The notes under the pieces: model-generated | The model's database searches: none | What the model saw: the letters and a program-made list of their open reading frames with translations, nothing else | What the model was told of the DNA's origin: nothing | Shown here: positions 1 to 10,500 of the stretch, one piece after another | Numbering within the stretch: the stretch's first letter is position 1 | Layout of the letters: each line of letters starts with the position of its first letter | Assembly (NCBI GenBank): GCA_965649225.1 | Contig: CBFGJX010000017.1 | Location: 1-61,259 of the forward strand | DNA from: a candidate division WOR-3 bacterium | GTDB taxonomy: Bacteria > Hydrothermota > Tepidihabitantia > Tepidihabitantales > Tepidihabitantaceae | Direction: 5' to 3' | DNA length: 61,259 nucleotides | Position numbers and translations under genes: made by a program

Positions 1-2
1 TC

Positions 3-890
3 ACTGCCAGCTATCTGGACCTGTTGCGGACCGAGAAGCTGCGGGATGTTGCGGCAGCGGGGCTGGAGCGGGCCGACGCCTATCTGCAACTGGTGACCGA
101 GCAGCACCGACTGGGAATAGTACCGACGGTGGAGCTGCTGCGGGCGCAGGTGCGCCAGTCAGAGGCACGGATTGCGCTGCTGGCGGCCGAGAACGCCCTG
201 GCCGCGGCCGCTGAGAGTTTCAAGGCCGTCGTCGGACTCGGCTGGCAGGTGACAGTGCAGGCAACCGATTCGTTGACACAGCCGAGCGATTTTGCCGTGA
301 ACGACCCGGACAGTCTGGTGGCGGCGATCGAGCGCCGCAATCCGTCGGCACGGATGGCCGCCCGGGCGCAGACCGCGGCCGGACTGGGAGCGGCGGCGGC
401 ACTGGGTGCGCTGCTGCCGGATGTGTCGCTGGGCTGGCAGTCGATTTACCGCGGCCGCAGTCTGCCGGCCGACAAAACCGAGTGGCAGAATAATGCCGTT
501 GAACGTTCCGGCCTGAGCCTGACGCTGCCACTGCCCGATATCAAGAGCTATGTTCTGAATGCAGTTGACGCGGTCAATTCGGCCCGCAGTGCCCGGGCCG
601 CCCGTCGTGCTGCCGAGTTGCAGACCCGGGCGGCGGCAGTGACCGCGGTCAACAGCTATCTTGAAGCCAGGGCCCGCTACGAGCTGGCAACCGCCGGGCT
701 GGAGCTGAGCGAGCGGCTGCGGGAACTGGCGGCGGAACAGCTGCGACTCGGCTCAATCAGCCGGGTTGACTTTCTCGGCGTCGAGGCCGAGCTGACCAGC
801 GCCCGGAGCGCGTGGGTGAATGCGATTTGCGACACCTATCAGCGGGCGGCGCGGGTAGCTTATCTGCTCGGTGTCACCGAAACCGAGTAG
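3..890 (+). CDS. TolC-family outer membrane efflux protein (5' partial, open to window edge)
   Basis: Two OEP-like repeats (EQHRLGIVPTVELLRAQ; EQLRLGSISRVDFLGVE), helical segments and the LPDVSL beta-strand. Confidence 0.85.
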   Translation, partial: TASYLDLLRTEKLRDVAAAGLERADAYLQLVTEQHRLGIVPTVELLRAQVRQSEARIALLAAENALAAAAESFKAVVGLGWQVTVQATDSLTQPSDFAVNDPDSLVAAIERRNPSARMAARAQTAAGLGAAAALGALLPDVSLGWQSIYRGRSLPADKTEWQNNAVERSGLSLTLPLPDIKSYVLNAVDAVNSARSARAARRAAELQTRAAAVTAVNSYLEARARYELATAGLELSERLRELAAEQLRLGSISRVDFLGVEAELTSARSAWVNAICDTYQRAARVAYLLGVTETE

Positions 891-903
891 TCAAGAGCCG
901 TTT

Positions 904-1878
904 TCAGTCAGGATAGCCGTTCGGATTCCGACAGAGAAAAGACCAGGCATCGGCGATCATCTCGTCGAGTGACTTCTCCGGCCGCCAGCCGAGTTCACGC
1001 CGGATGAGCGCGGAGGAGGCGACAAGCGCCGGCGGGTCGCCCGGGCGGCAGGCCGCGACTCGGACCCTGATCCGCTGACCGGTGATGCGCTCGGCGGCGG
1101 CGATGACCTCGCGGTTGGTGTAGCCGGACTCGGAGCCGAGGTTGAAGACCCACGAACGGTTGGCGATGGCTTCCAGCGCGAGCAGGTGGGCGCGGGCAAG
1201 GTCGTGGACATGGATGTAGTCGCGCACGCAGGTGCCGTCGCGGGTCGGGTAGTTGTCGCCGAAGAGTTCGAAGCTGAAATCGGGGTCGGCCGCAGCGCGC
1301 AGCAGGCGCGGGATGAGATGGGTTTCGGGCCGGTGGTCTTCGCCGAGGCCGGCGTACGCACCGGCAACATTGAAGTAGCGCAGGGAAGCGTAGTGAAAGG
1401 CGCCGGTCCTTTCGTATTCCTCGAGCAGTGTTTCAAACACACGTTTGGTGCTGCCGTAGGGATTGATGGGCGCAAGGGGGGCATCTTCGGTGATGGGCAC
1501 TTGCGCCGGCGTGCCGTAAACCGCGGCCGAGGAGGAGAACACGAACCGGCGTACCCGGTGCTTGAGGCAGGCGTTGAGCAGGTTCACGCCGCAGGCGACA
1601 TTGTTGTGAAAGTAAAGCCCCGGTTTTTCCACCGACTCGGCAACGAGCGAGCGGGCGGCGAAGTGCATCACACAGTCGGGTTTTTCCTGTTTGAACACCG
1701 CGTCGAGCGCGGCAGGGTCGGCAAGGTCGCCTTTGTGCAGGCGGGCCGGCGCGCTGACCGCGGCGGCGTGGCCGAGCTCGAGGCTGTCGTACACCGCGAC
1801 CGAGTGCCCGGCTTCGAGGAGGACTTTGACCGCGACCGAGCCGATGTAACCGGCGCCACCAGTGACCAGGATTTTCAT
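904..1878 (-). CDS. galE: UDP-glucose 4-epimerase
   Basis: MKILVTGGAGYIGS, HFAA, FSSSAAVYG, NPYGSTK (YxxxK), LRYFNVAGA, DGTCVRDYIHV. Confidence 0.95.
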   Translation of the reverse strand: MKILVTGGAGYIGSVAVKVLLEAGHSVAVYDSLELGHAAAVSAPARLHKGDLADPAALDAVFKQEKPDCVMHFAARSLVAESVEKPGLYFHNNVACGVNLLNACLKHRVRRFVFSSSAAVYGTPAQVPITEDAPLAPINPYGSTKRVFETLLEEYERTGAFHYASLRYFNVAGAYAGLGEDHRPETHLIPRLLRAAADPDFSFELFGDNYPTRDGTCVRDYIHVHDLARAHLLALEAIANRSWVFNLGSESGYTNREVIAAAERITGQRIRVRVAACRPGDPPALVASSALIRRELGWRPEKSLDEMIADAWSFLCRNPNGYPD

Positions 1879-1886
1879 CGCCGGTG

Positions 1887-2387
1887 TCAGACTGGTTTCA
1901 GCCGGGCGCGGATTGCTGCGGCCAGTTCGTTGGGGCGCTGGGAGCCGATGAGCACGCGGCGGCCGTCGGTGAGAGTGAGGCGGACGCCGTGGCTGCCCGA
2001 GGCGTTATAGGCCCAGCCGTGGCAACAGGACCAGCGGATGCCCCAGCCGCCGTAGTCGAGCAGCGGCCGGTAGGCGACTGCCTCGGCCGAGCTGATTGCG
2101 GCGAAGGGGATGAACCGGCGCAGGAACGGGAAGTAGTGGATGGCGATGCCATCATCGGTCAGGGTGACCTCGAGCCGGGCCGAAAAAACCAGCAGCGGCA
2201 GGCCGATGCCAACGAGCAGGAAAATGAGCCACACCGTCCAGTCGGGCGCGGGGTTGTTGCCGACCTGCTGGCCGAGAACGACCTGCACGATAAAGACATA
2301 CCAGGCGAGGAATGCCGGCAGCAGGGTGAGTCCGATCAGCCAGGCCTGACGCAGCCGCTGCGTTTCGCGAAATGGTCCCGGAGTCAT
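1887..2387 (-). CDS. Two-TM membrane protein with C-terminal PH-like soluble domain (DUF6141-like)
   Basis: Two hydrophobic helices then YGGWGIR...IGSQRP motif; ATG 2387 lies 6 nt after a TAGGCT -10 box. Confidence 0.7.
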   Translation of the reverse strand: MTPGPFRETQRLRQAWLIGLTLLPAFLAWYVFIVQVVLGQQVGNNPAPDWTVWLIFLLVGIGLPLLVFSARLEVTLTDDGIAIHYFPFLRRFIPFAAISSAEAVAYRPLLDYGGWGIRWSCCHGWAYNASGSHGVRLTLTDGRRVLIGSQRPNELAAAIRARLKPV

Positions 2388-2422
2388 CACCTGAGCCTAA
2401 TCGGGTGGTGACGCAATTCAAG

Positions 2423-2452
2423 CCCGGCGGTTGACAGGTGTCAACCGCCGGG
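2423..2452. repeat. Perfect 14-bp inverted repeat carrying TTGACA on both strands, between divergent genes
   Basis: CCCGGCGGTTGACA-GG-TGTCAACCGCCGGG. Confidence 0.85.
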
Positions 2453-2482
2453 GATACTGGCCCAGATTACGCGGAGGTGAAA

Positions 2483-3313
2483 GTGAGATATGCAGTGCCG
2501 GCACTTGCTCTGGTGGTCGCGATTGCCGCGGCCCAGGCGCCTGGCTGGGGCCAGCGGTTCAATTTCAGCCTGTTGCTCAACGAGGGCCTGTACTCGGCCA
2601 ACTGGACCGGCGAAGAAAAGACATCGGGCTCGATCACCGCGGCGGTGGACCACGCGGCCCAGAAGCAGTTCACGCGCCAGTTCCGGTTCGAGCACGGCAT
2701 CGGGCTCGCGTTCGGCCAGCAGGTGACCGACGAGGGCGAGGCGTGGCGGTGGTCCAAGTCCGAGGACAAGATCAGGCTGGACGAGGTCGCGCGCTTCACG
2801 CTCGGCATCTGGGTTGACCCGTTCGTCTCGGCCGCGCTCAAGTCCCAGTTCATCGACCGCCGCGACACGCTGCGGACCCGGCTGGTCCACCCGCTGGAGT
2901 TCCTCGAGGCGGCGGGCGTGGGCCGGACTTTCTTTGAAAGCGAGCAGCGGATGCTCAAGTCGCGGGTCGGCGCGGCCGCGCGTCAGCTTTTTGACGAGCT
3001 GGATACGCTGGGCGCGGTGGCCGACGCCGGCGTGACCTGGAGCACCGACTTCCGCACCCGGCTGGGTACGCCCGACGCCGCCTATTCCTCGAAGCTGGTG
3101 CTCTACAAGCCGCTGGTGGCGTTTGGCACCGGCCGGGAGGTCGGCACCTGGCCCCAGCTGGACTGGCAGCACGAACTCGGCGCCAAAATCGGCAAATACA
3201 TCACGGCCCGGGCCTATGTCCAGTTGCTCTACGACGAGATCGTGCTGGACCAGGTGCGGTTCAAGCAGACCCTCGGGCTCGGGCTGTCCTATGCCTGGGC
3301 GCGGGGAATGTAG
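2483..3313 (+). CDS. Outer-membrane beta-barrel protein, DUF3078-like
   Basis: GGAGG RBS before GTG 2483; signal peptide; YSANWTGEE, WSKSEDKI, QVRFKQTLGLGLSY. Confidence 0.7.
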   Translation: MRYAVPALALVVAIAAAQAPGWGQRFNFSLLLNEGLYSANWTGEEKTSGSITAAVDHAAQKQFTRQFRFEHGIGLAFGQQVTDEGEAWRWSKSEDKIRLDEVARFTLGIWVDPFVSAALKSQFIDRRDTLRTRLVHPLEFLEAAGVGRTFFESEQRMLKSRVGAAARQLFDELDTLGAVADAGVTWSTDFRTRLGTPDAAYSSKLVLYKPLVAFGTGREVGTWPQLDWQHELGAKIGKYITARAYVQLLYDEIVLDQVRFKQTLGLGLSYAWARGM

Positions 3314-3403
3314 GCGGCAGGAAGAAGACCAAACCAGGGTCATAAACTGCAGGGCGAAAACCGGACGCCGGGCGCAGTGTTATTCGAGTGCGGGCGGTCG
3401 GGA

Positions 3404-3431
3404 TTGACAACCGGCAGGTTGGGACTAGAGT
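3404..3431 (+). promoter_or_regulatory. Sigma-70-type promoter
   Basis: TTGACA-N16-TAGAGT. Confidence 0.5.
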
Positions 3432-3565
3432 CCGCCCTGTGAGCGCGGAGTGTAACGCCCCGGATGTCTGTGCGGCGCCCGGTGGCGAAACGACGGAAGA
3501 CCTGGCTCCGCGCTGGGGTCTGCCATGATACAATGTCGATTGTTTGCACATATGGAGGTGCGATT

Positions 3566-4381
3566 GTGAGACACATTCCGGCTCTGTTCCTGACCGTGGT
3601 CGCGCTGTTCGTCGGCTGCGACCAGAATAACCCGCCCGGGGTGCCGACCGTGCCAGTTGGCGTATCGGCCGGCGAAATCGGGATCGCCTACACGTTCCTG
3701 TCGTCGGCGGTGGACCCGGACAGCGACCAGGTTGCAATCCGGTTTGACTGGGGCGACGGCAACATGTCGGACTGGACCAGTCTCGTGGACGGCGGCGTCC
3801 AGGTCGGCAAGTCACACGCCTGGCAGAACGCCGGCACGTTTCTGGTGAAGGCACAGGCGAAGGACGCCAAGGGCAAGACTTCAGACTGGTCGGCGGCCTG
3901 CTCGGTAGCGATTTCGGCGCAGACCGTACCGGTTACCGTCACCCTTACCTGGGGCGAGAACCCGTCAGACCTGGACGCGCACATGTGGACGCCAAACATT
4001 GGCGGCACGGCCTACCATGTCTATTACATGGACGAAGGCAGCCTGAGCACCGCGCCCTACTGCTCGCTGGACATCGACGATGTGACGAGCTACGGCCCGG
4101 AGCACATGCTGATGAGCCAGACCGAGCCCGGAACCTACGTCTTCGCGGTGCATCACTACGCCGGCAGCGGCACCATCACGACATCGGATGCCAAGGTGCA
4201 GGTGTACCGGCAGGGACAGCCGGTGCAGTCCTTTGACGTTCCGACCGGACCGAGCGGCGACGAATGGTGGTGGCACGTGTTTGAGATGGACGGCGCCACG
4301 CGTGCGCTGACGCCGCTCAATGTTATTGACAGCGTTCCGCCCCGGCCCTTCACCGACGGCGGCGGACCGAAGAAGAAGTAG
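3566..4381 (+). CDS. Lipoprotein with PKD-like domain and YfaP/DUF2135-like domain
   Basis: GGAGG RBS; lipobox LFVGC; FDWGDG (PKD-like); LTWGENPSDLDAH and LDIDDVTSYGPE. Confidence 0.75.
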   Translation: MRHIPALFLTVVALFVGCDQNNPPGVPTVPVGVSAGEIGIAYTFLSSAVDPDSDQVAIRFDWGDGNMSDWTSLVDGGVQVGKSHAWQNAGTFLVKAQAKDAKGKTSDWSAACSVAISAQTVPVTVTLTWGENPSDLDAHMWTPNIGGTAYHVYYMDEGSLSTAPYCSLDIDDVTSYGPEHMLMSQTEPGTYVFAVHHYAGSGTITTSDAKVQVYRQGQPVQSFDVPTGPSGDEWWWHVFEMDGATRALTPLNVIDSVPPRPFTDGGGPKKK

Positions 4382-4435
4382 GTTCACGCGGTTTCGCCTG
4401 ACCGGCCAGCGGGGTCAGGGATACTCGACGAATCG

Positions 4436-4467
4436 GTGGCGGCGGGCATCGACCCGCCGCCACTTTT
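4436..4467 (+). terminator. Intrinsic terminator
   Basis: GTGGCGGCGGG-CATCGA-CCCGCCGCCAC-TTTT. Confidence 0.75.
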
Positions 4468-4590
4468 CATGACCGTGGCCGAGCCGGCACTGACCCGAGC
4501 GTGGGGTGGCAGGGGGACGGCGGTCGTGGTTTGAGTGGTGCCGCGACCTGCGGCTTGACCGGTCAGGGCGTTTGACCGAGAATCGAGGTG

Positions 4591-5727
4591 ATGGCTGAGG
4601 GGCCGCGCGTCTCGCTCTGGCAGATTGCCCGGTCGTTTGCCCGGTTGGGTATGATCGGTTTCGGCGGCGGGCTGGGCATGCTGGCACTCGTCCGGCAGGA
4701 GGTAACCGAACGCCGGCGCTGGCTGACCGATGAGCAGATGGGGGTGGGGGTGGCGCTCGGGCAGATGCTGCCCGGGCCGTTTGTTTCCAACTATGTCGAG
4801 TATGTCGGCTACGAGCTGCGCGGGGTCAAGGGGATGACCGTGGCCGTGGTCGCATTGCTGCTGCCCGGTTTTGTCCTGATGTGTCTTCTGAGCTGGCTGT
4901 ATTTTTCTTTCGGCAGCGTGCCGCTTATCGCCCGGTTGTTTGCCGGAATTCAGCCGGTTGTGGTCGGCATCATGGCCTGGGCTACCTGGTCAATCGGCCG
5001 GGCCAACATCAGGCGCCGGCAACAGCTGCTCATCGCCGCTCTGGCCGCGGTCGCGCTGCTGTTGCGCGGCGACTTCCTGATGGTCGTGCTTGGCTGCGGC
5101 ATTGCTGGCATAGCGTTTTCCGGGGCCTGGCGCAGTCTGTCACCCCGGCTGCGCGCGGCCGTGCCGACGCTTTGGCTGGGCAGTGCCGCAGGCGTGTCGC
5201 TGGCCGGCGTGCTGGGCCGGGCCGGTGAGCTGGCACTGGTGTTTCTCAAGGTCGGGACGCTGCTTTTTGGCGGCGGGTTTGCCGCGATTCCCTTCATCCA
5301 GCAGGAAGTTGTAGCCCTGCGCGGCTGGTTGACCGCCAAGGAGTTCATCGACGGCGTGGCGCTGGGTCAGCTCACGCCCGGGCCGGTCGCCATCACCGCC
5401 GCGTTCATCGGTTACAAGGTACTCGGTCTGCCCGGTGCGCTGATTGCGACACTGGGCACTTTTGTGCCGTCGTTTTTCATGCTGCTGGGGGCGGTCAAGC
5501 TGTACGGCCGGTTCAAGGACAGCCCCTGGGTGACGGGTTTTCTGTCCGGCGTGCTGCCGGCGGTGTGCGGAATGCTCTTGTCCGCGACGGTGTTTCTTGG
5601 CCGCAGCGCAATCACCGGTCCGGCCGATGCGCTTGTCGCCCTGCTGGCGCTGGTGCTTCTGCTGCGTTTCCGGCTCGATGCCTTCTGGCTGGTGCTGGGC
5701 GGCGCGCTGTTCGGGCTGGTGCGCTAG
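4591..5727 (+). CDS. chrA: Chromate efflux transporter (long-chain CHR family)
   Basis: Two repeats with GFGGG / LFGGG and QMLPGP / QLTPGP motifs; many TM helices. Confidence 0.9.
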   Translation: MAEGPRVSLWQIARSFARLGMIGFGGGLGMLALVRQEVTERRRWLTDEQMGVGVALGQMLPGPFVSNYVEYVGYELRGVKGMTVAVVALLLPGFVLMCLLSWLYFSFGSVPLIARLFAGIQPVVVGIMAWATWSIGRANIRRRQQLLIAALAAVALLLRGDFLMVVLGCGIAGIAFSGAWRSLSPRLRAAVPTLWLGSAAGVSLAGVLGRAGELALVFLKVGTLLFGGGFAAIPFIQQEVVALRGWLTAKEFIDGVALGQLTPGPVAITAAFIGYKVLGLPGALIATLGTFVPSFFMLLGAVKLYGRFKDSPWVTGFLSGVLPAVCGMLLSATVFLGRSAITGPADALVALLALVLLLRFRLDAFWLVLGGALFGLVR

Positions 5728-6065
5728 CCGGGCCGGTATTCGGCCGAACAGTCGTCGCTTTCCCAGACCCGGACCGACACCACCGGGTAGTGGCGGGCCA
5801 TTTCCCGGAAGAAGTGCCGGGCGAGGTGTTCGGCGGTTGGGGGGAAGCGGTACTGGTCGTTCAGGTAGCAGTGATCAGGCAGAATTGCCGCCAGCCGGTT
5901 GCGGACGGCGACGAAATCGGCAACCATGCCGTGCTGGTCGAGCCGCCGGGCGGCAATCGCGACTTCGACGCGGTAGGTGTGACCGTGCAGTTCTTCGCAC
6001 CGGCCGTCCGGGCCGGTTACCCGGTGCGCGGCCGAGAAGGTTTTTTCGACACGGATGATGAACAT
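5724..6065 (-). CDS. queD: 6-carboxy-5,6,7,8-tetrahydropterin synthase
   Basis: FSAAH...CEELHGHTY, GMVADF, PTAE, VRVWES. Confidence 0.85.
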   Translation of the reverse strand: MFIIRVEKTFSAAHRVTGPDGRCEELHGHTYRVEVAIAARRLDQHGMVADFVAVRNRLAAILPDHCYLNDQYRFPPTAEHLARHFFREMARHYPVVSVRVWESDDCSAEYRPG

Positions 6066-6196
6066 CACCCCAAGCTTAGGCCGGCGGCAGTGGCGGTCAA
6101 GACATCGCCGGTTGCAGCCGGCGGCAAAGAGGGCTAGACTGTGATGTCAGGGTTCGGCTGCGCGTCCGGGCGCAGCGGCCCGGTCAGGGAGGAGTC

Positions 6197-6925
6197 ATGA
6201 CGGGAATTCGTCAAATTGCAGTGGGACTGGCATTACTGAGTCTGATTGCCGTCGCTCAGAAGGGCAAGCCGGCGGCCGGAGGGAAGCCGACCGCGCCGGC
6301 GGTTGCAGTTGTGAAACTGCCGGAACCCAGAAACAAGGGAACGGTTTCGGTCGAAGAGGCACTGTGGCGGCGCCGGTCGGTCCGACATTATGCCGCCGCA
6401 CCGCTGGCGCTGGCCGAGGTCAGTCAACTGCTGTGGGCGGCTTACGGGGTTAACCGCCCGAACGGTTTCCGCACTGCTCCTTCAGCCGGGGCCTGTTATC
6501 CGCTGGAGCTGTATGTGGTCGCCGGTAATGTCACCGACCTGAAGCCGGGGGTGTATGCCTACCGGCCGGCAACCCATGACCTGAGACTGCTGGAGCGGGG
6601 CGACAAACGGGCCGCGCTGGCCGGTGCCGCTTTTGGACAGGGGGCGGTGCGCGAAGCGCCGGTTGCGCTGGTCTGGTCGGCGGTGTTCAAGCGCACGACT
6701 CAGCGCTACGGCGACCGGGGCCGGGAGCGCTATGTCTGCATGGACCTCGGCCACTCGGCCGAGAATGTCTATTTGCAGTGCGCTGCGCTCGGCCTGGGCA
6801 CGGTGGCGGTGGGCGCATTCAGCGACCAGGCGGTCAAGCGGCTGACGGGAATGACCGAAAGCGAAGAGCCGCTTTACATCATGCCGGTCGGCCGGCTGGC
6901 CGCACCGGCTGACTCCGGGCGTTGA
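6197..6925 (+). CDS. SagB/ThcOx-type nitroreductase family protein with N-terminal signal-like segment
   Basis: RRRSVRHY, RTAPSAGACYPLE, DLGHSAENVYL, VGAFSD. Confidence 0.85.
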   Translation: MTGIRQIAVGLALLSLIAVAQKGKPAAGGKPTAPAVAVVKLPEPRNKGTVSVEEALWRRRSVRHYAAAPLALAEVSQLLWAAYGVNRPNGFRTAPSAGACYPLELYVVAGNVTDLKPGVYAYRPATHDLRLLERGDKRAALAGAAFGQGAVREAPVALVWSAVFKRTTQRYGDRGRERYVCMDLGHSAENVYLQCAALGLGTVAVGAFSDQAVKRLTGMTESEEPLYIMPVGRLAAPADSGR

Positions 6926-6956
6926 CGTCATTGACCGGCCGGCTATCTTCAGCACC

Positions 6957-7472
6957 GTGAAAAACCGACCCAAGACCTTTGACCAGCACTGGTTCGGCGC
7001 CCTTGCCGCTTATGTTCTGCTCGATGTCATTCTTGTCCGGGCCGGGTTCGGGGTGCCGGGGCTGGCGGTGGTGTTTGGACTGCCGGTCGGCTGGTTCACG
7101 GCGATGCGGGCCCGGGCGCTGCGTGCCGATCTGCGTCAGGCGATGCGATTGAATCTGCGCTATGCGCTGATTACCGCCGGGGTGACTCTCGGGCTGATGG
7201 TGTGGCACTGGGGCCGGCTGGTGCCGGTGCTCTTCGACCCGGTAGTCGATTACGGCTCGATGGGCGTGCCGCTGATTCTGTACGAGCCGCGGCTGAGCTT
7301 CATCGGCTGGCTGGTACTGATGATTTTCGGGTCACCGTTACTGCAACTGGCGCTGACACTGGTCGGGTCTTATCTGACATTTCTTTGGCAGCCGAAGTGG
7401 TGGCGTGACGGCGTGCCGACGTCGGAGCAGGAGTTGCCGGCAGGGCCGTGGTCGCGCCGGCCGGCTGATTGA
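6957..7472 (+). CDS. Hypothetical membrane protein (about 4 TM)
   Basis: Hydrophobic segments; -10 TATCTT 7 nt before GTG. Confidence 0.65.
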   Translation: MKNRPKTFDQHWFGALAAYVLLDVILVRAGFGVPGLAVVFGLPVGWFTAMRARALRADLRQAMRLNLRYALITAGVTLGLMVWHWGRLVPVLFDPVVDYGSMGVPLILYEPRLSFIGWLVLMIFGSPLLQLALTLVGSYLTFLWQPKWWRDGVPTSEQELPAGPWSRRPAD

Positions 7473-7502
7473 CACCAGCAGAGGCGGTTCATAAGATTGA
7501 CA

Positions 7503-10500
7503 ATGGTGTTCTGCCGCGCCGCTTTTCTGGTTCTGATTTCCGCAGTCATCGGCAACGCCCTCAATACCGAAACTTCAACTGACCTTGCCTGCCGGCCAGT
7601 GCTGAGTCTGGTCGAGTCCGGGCCGAACGGGCTGGTGCTGGAGTTTGCCTGCGACAGCTTTTCGCTGGTCGAGGACCATACCGGCATCGGGGTTGTTTTC
7701 GCCGGGGCGGAACGGGCCCGGCCCGGTGAACCGGACCTGCCGCACAGCCAGGTGCTGGTGGGACTGCCGCAGACCGGTGGACTCCGGGTTGCCGCTACTG
7801 CGCTGGACGTGACGGTCCGGACGGTCGGCCGAATCCGGCCGGCACCGTCCTACGATGCGGCGGAACCGCTGACAATATCCGGAGCCGGCTGGCAGCCGGC
7901 CGAGCTGGTTGAGGCCGGTCCGGTGGGGACGATGCGTGATGTGCGGGTGGCACCAGTGCGGATAAACCCGGTCCAGTATGATGCCGGCACCGGCCAGCTG
8001 CGGCTCTGCCGCCGGCTGCGCATCGATATCCGGTTCACGGCAGCACCGGTCGATTACCGGCGCGCCGACCTTCTCGATACGGCGGTTGCCGCGGCACTGG
8101 TCAATGGTCGAGATGCTTTGGGCTGGAAACTCGAGCGTCGGCCGGACGATACGCTGAACTTTTTTGACCGCTCGACCGAGTGGTGTCGCATCCGGATTGA
8201 TACCACCGGTGTTTACCGGATTACGCCGGCTGACCTGAAAGCAGCCGGCTTTTCTCCTGACGGAATTGACCCGGCAACACTGCGGCTTTACACCATCGGG
8301 CCGTACCAGGTTGGCGGCGACTATCCGGATACGATGGTCGAGCTGCCGCTATATGTCCGCGACAACGGTGACGGCAGATTCAGCGGCAGTGACGCCGCGC
8401 TGTTCTATGCCGAAGCACCGTCGCGACGTAACGAGCTTGACACTACCTGGCGGTACAATCCCTATGCCCGCTACGCAACTTTCTGGCTGACCTGGGGCGG
8501 TGTGGCCGGAAGGCGGATGCCCGAGCAGACCGGTGCGCCGGCCGGCATCCCGCCAGCACGGGCACTGGTACGCGAAAGGGTCGAATATGACCTGTTGTGC
8601 CCGGCCCGGTCGGGGCTGCTCTGGCTGTGGACAAACCTGTTCAAGCCGGCTGGAGTGTTGCGCGCTGCCGATACCTTTGTGTTGCCGCTGGTGGAACGCG
8701 ACACGGTTCTTGTCGTCAGCGGCCGTTGTCTGGGTCGGGCACCGGACAACCAGTCGCTGGTTTATCGGGGCCGGATATACCTGAACGGTACGCTGCTCGA
8801 TACGCTGCGGATACCGGCAGCCAGCCGGGTGCCGCCGCAGACGCTTTTCAATATCGCAGTCCCGGGCGAAGCCGGGAGCCGCGGCAGCGCTGATACAGTT
8901 GTCTTTGAGCTGTACGGCGAGCCGGAGATGGATGTGTTCGTTGACTGGTTTGAGGTCCAGTATCTCCGCCGCTTGAGCCTCGACCAGAACCGGCCGTGGC
9001 TGGAACTGTGGGGGCGGGACAGCGCGGCGGCGCTCGAGTTTGCGCTGGAAGGCGGCGCCGGTGCGCTGGTGATGGATGTCAGTGACCCGTGGAATCCCCA
9101 GCGGATTCAGGGGCGCGTCGATGGCCGGCGGCTGCTGGTGAGCTGGCGACCGGGTCGGACCGTCCGGTTGTTCTGCGTGCTGCCCGACCGCGCCCGCGTG
9201 CCGGCAGACATCCGGCGGCGGACACCAGGAATGCTGCGCAGTCCAGGCGAGCGGGCCGATTACTACATCATTGCTCCGGATGAGCTGGCGCCGGCGGCAG
9301 AGTTGCTCGCCCGCTGGCGCAACGGCAACATTCCCGGGGCGCCGGGAGCGGTTGCGCGGGTTGCCCGGCTGGAGTCAATTTATGACGATTACGGTTTCGG
9401 AATGCAGGAGCCGGCGGCAATTCGGCGGTTTTTGCAGGCCAAGCGACCGGCCTATGTGCTGCTTGCCGGTGATGGCACCTACGATTACCAGGATCGGCTG
9501 GGTCTGGGCCTGACCCCAGGGGTACCTCCCTGCGAACTCGGATATGACATTGACCCGGAGGTTTACGGCAATACCGCCCGGGCCCAGGACGCATGGTATG
9601 CTGACCTGGATGCCGGCGGATTGATTGACCCCGACCTGGCACTGGGCCGGGTGACGGCAAGGAGCGCGGTCGAGCTGCGTGCATTCTACGACAAGCTCCG
9701 CCGCTATGAGTCACAGCCCCCGGGATTCTGGAGCCGGCGCTTTCTGCTGGTGGCGGATGACGAGTGGCTGGGGCAGGTCGGGCCGCAGTATGTCGACCCG
9801 ATTGGCTTCCGCCACATTTCGTCCTGTGAATTGATGGCGACGGTCGCACCGGGGCTGCTGGACCCGGTGAAGCTTTATCTGACCGAGTATCCGCTGACGA
9901 GCACCAATCTCAAGGCCGAGGCCCAGGCCGAGCTGCTGCGCCGACTGGATGAGGGTGCTCTCTTGTGGGCATTTTTCGGTCATGGAGCGGGGTTCCAGCT
10001 TTGCCACGAGCAGATACTGCATATCACCAACACGGTGCCGCAGGTGAAGACCGGTCTGCGCCAGAGCGTTGCCTATTTCGGTTCCTGTGGTGTCGGCCGG
10101 TTTGACGATACCCGCTATCAGTCGATTGCCGAGGAACTGGTGCGGCGCGAAGAAGGCTGCATTGCCACGGTTGCCGCCACCAAGGCCACGGACCCGGGTG
10201 GCAATGAGGCACTGGCCCGGCAGCTGTTCACTTTCCTTACCACCCGGCCGGAGCAACCGGTAGGAGCGGGGTTCTTTGCGGCCTGGAATACCAATCCGCT
10301 GTACCACTTGTTCGGCGACCCGGTGGCAAAGCTCCGGCTCCCCGCCGCCGCAACGCCGCCGACAGTGACTCCGGAAAGTCTGTATCCCGGCGGGCAGGTG
10401 CTGATTGCCGGCAGCGCACCGGTGAACAGTGGCAGCTGGGAGCTGGCGGCCTTCGAGGAAGAATGGCTGCGGCGCTATTTCTCCGATGTCGGTGTCGTTT

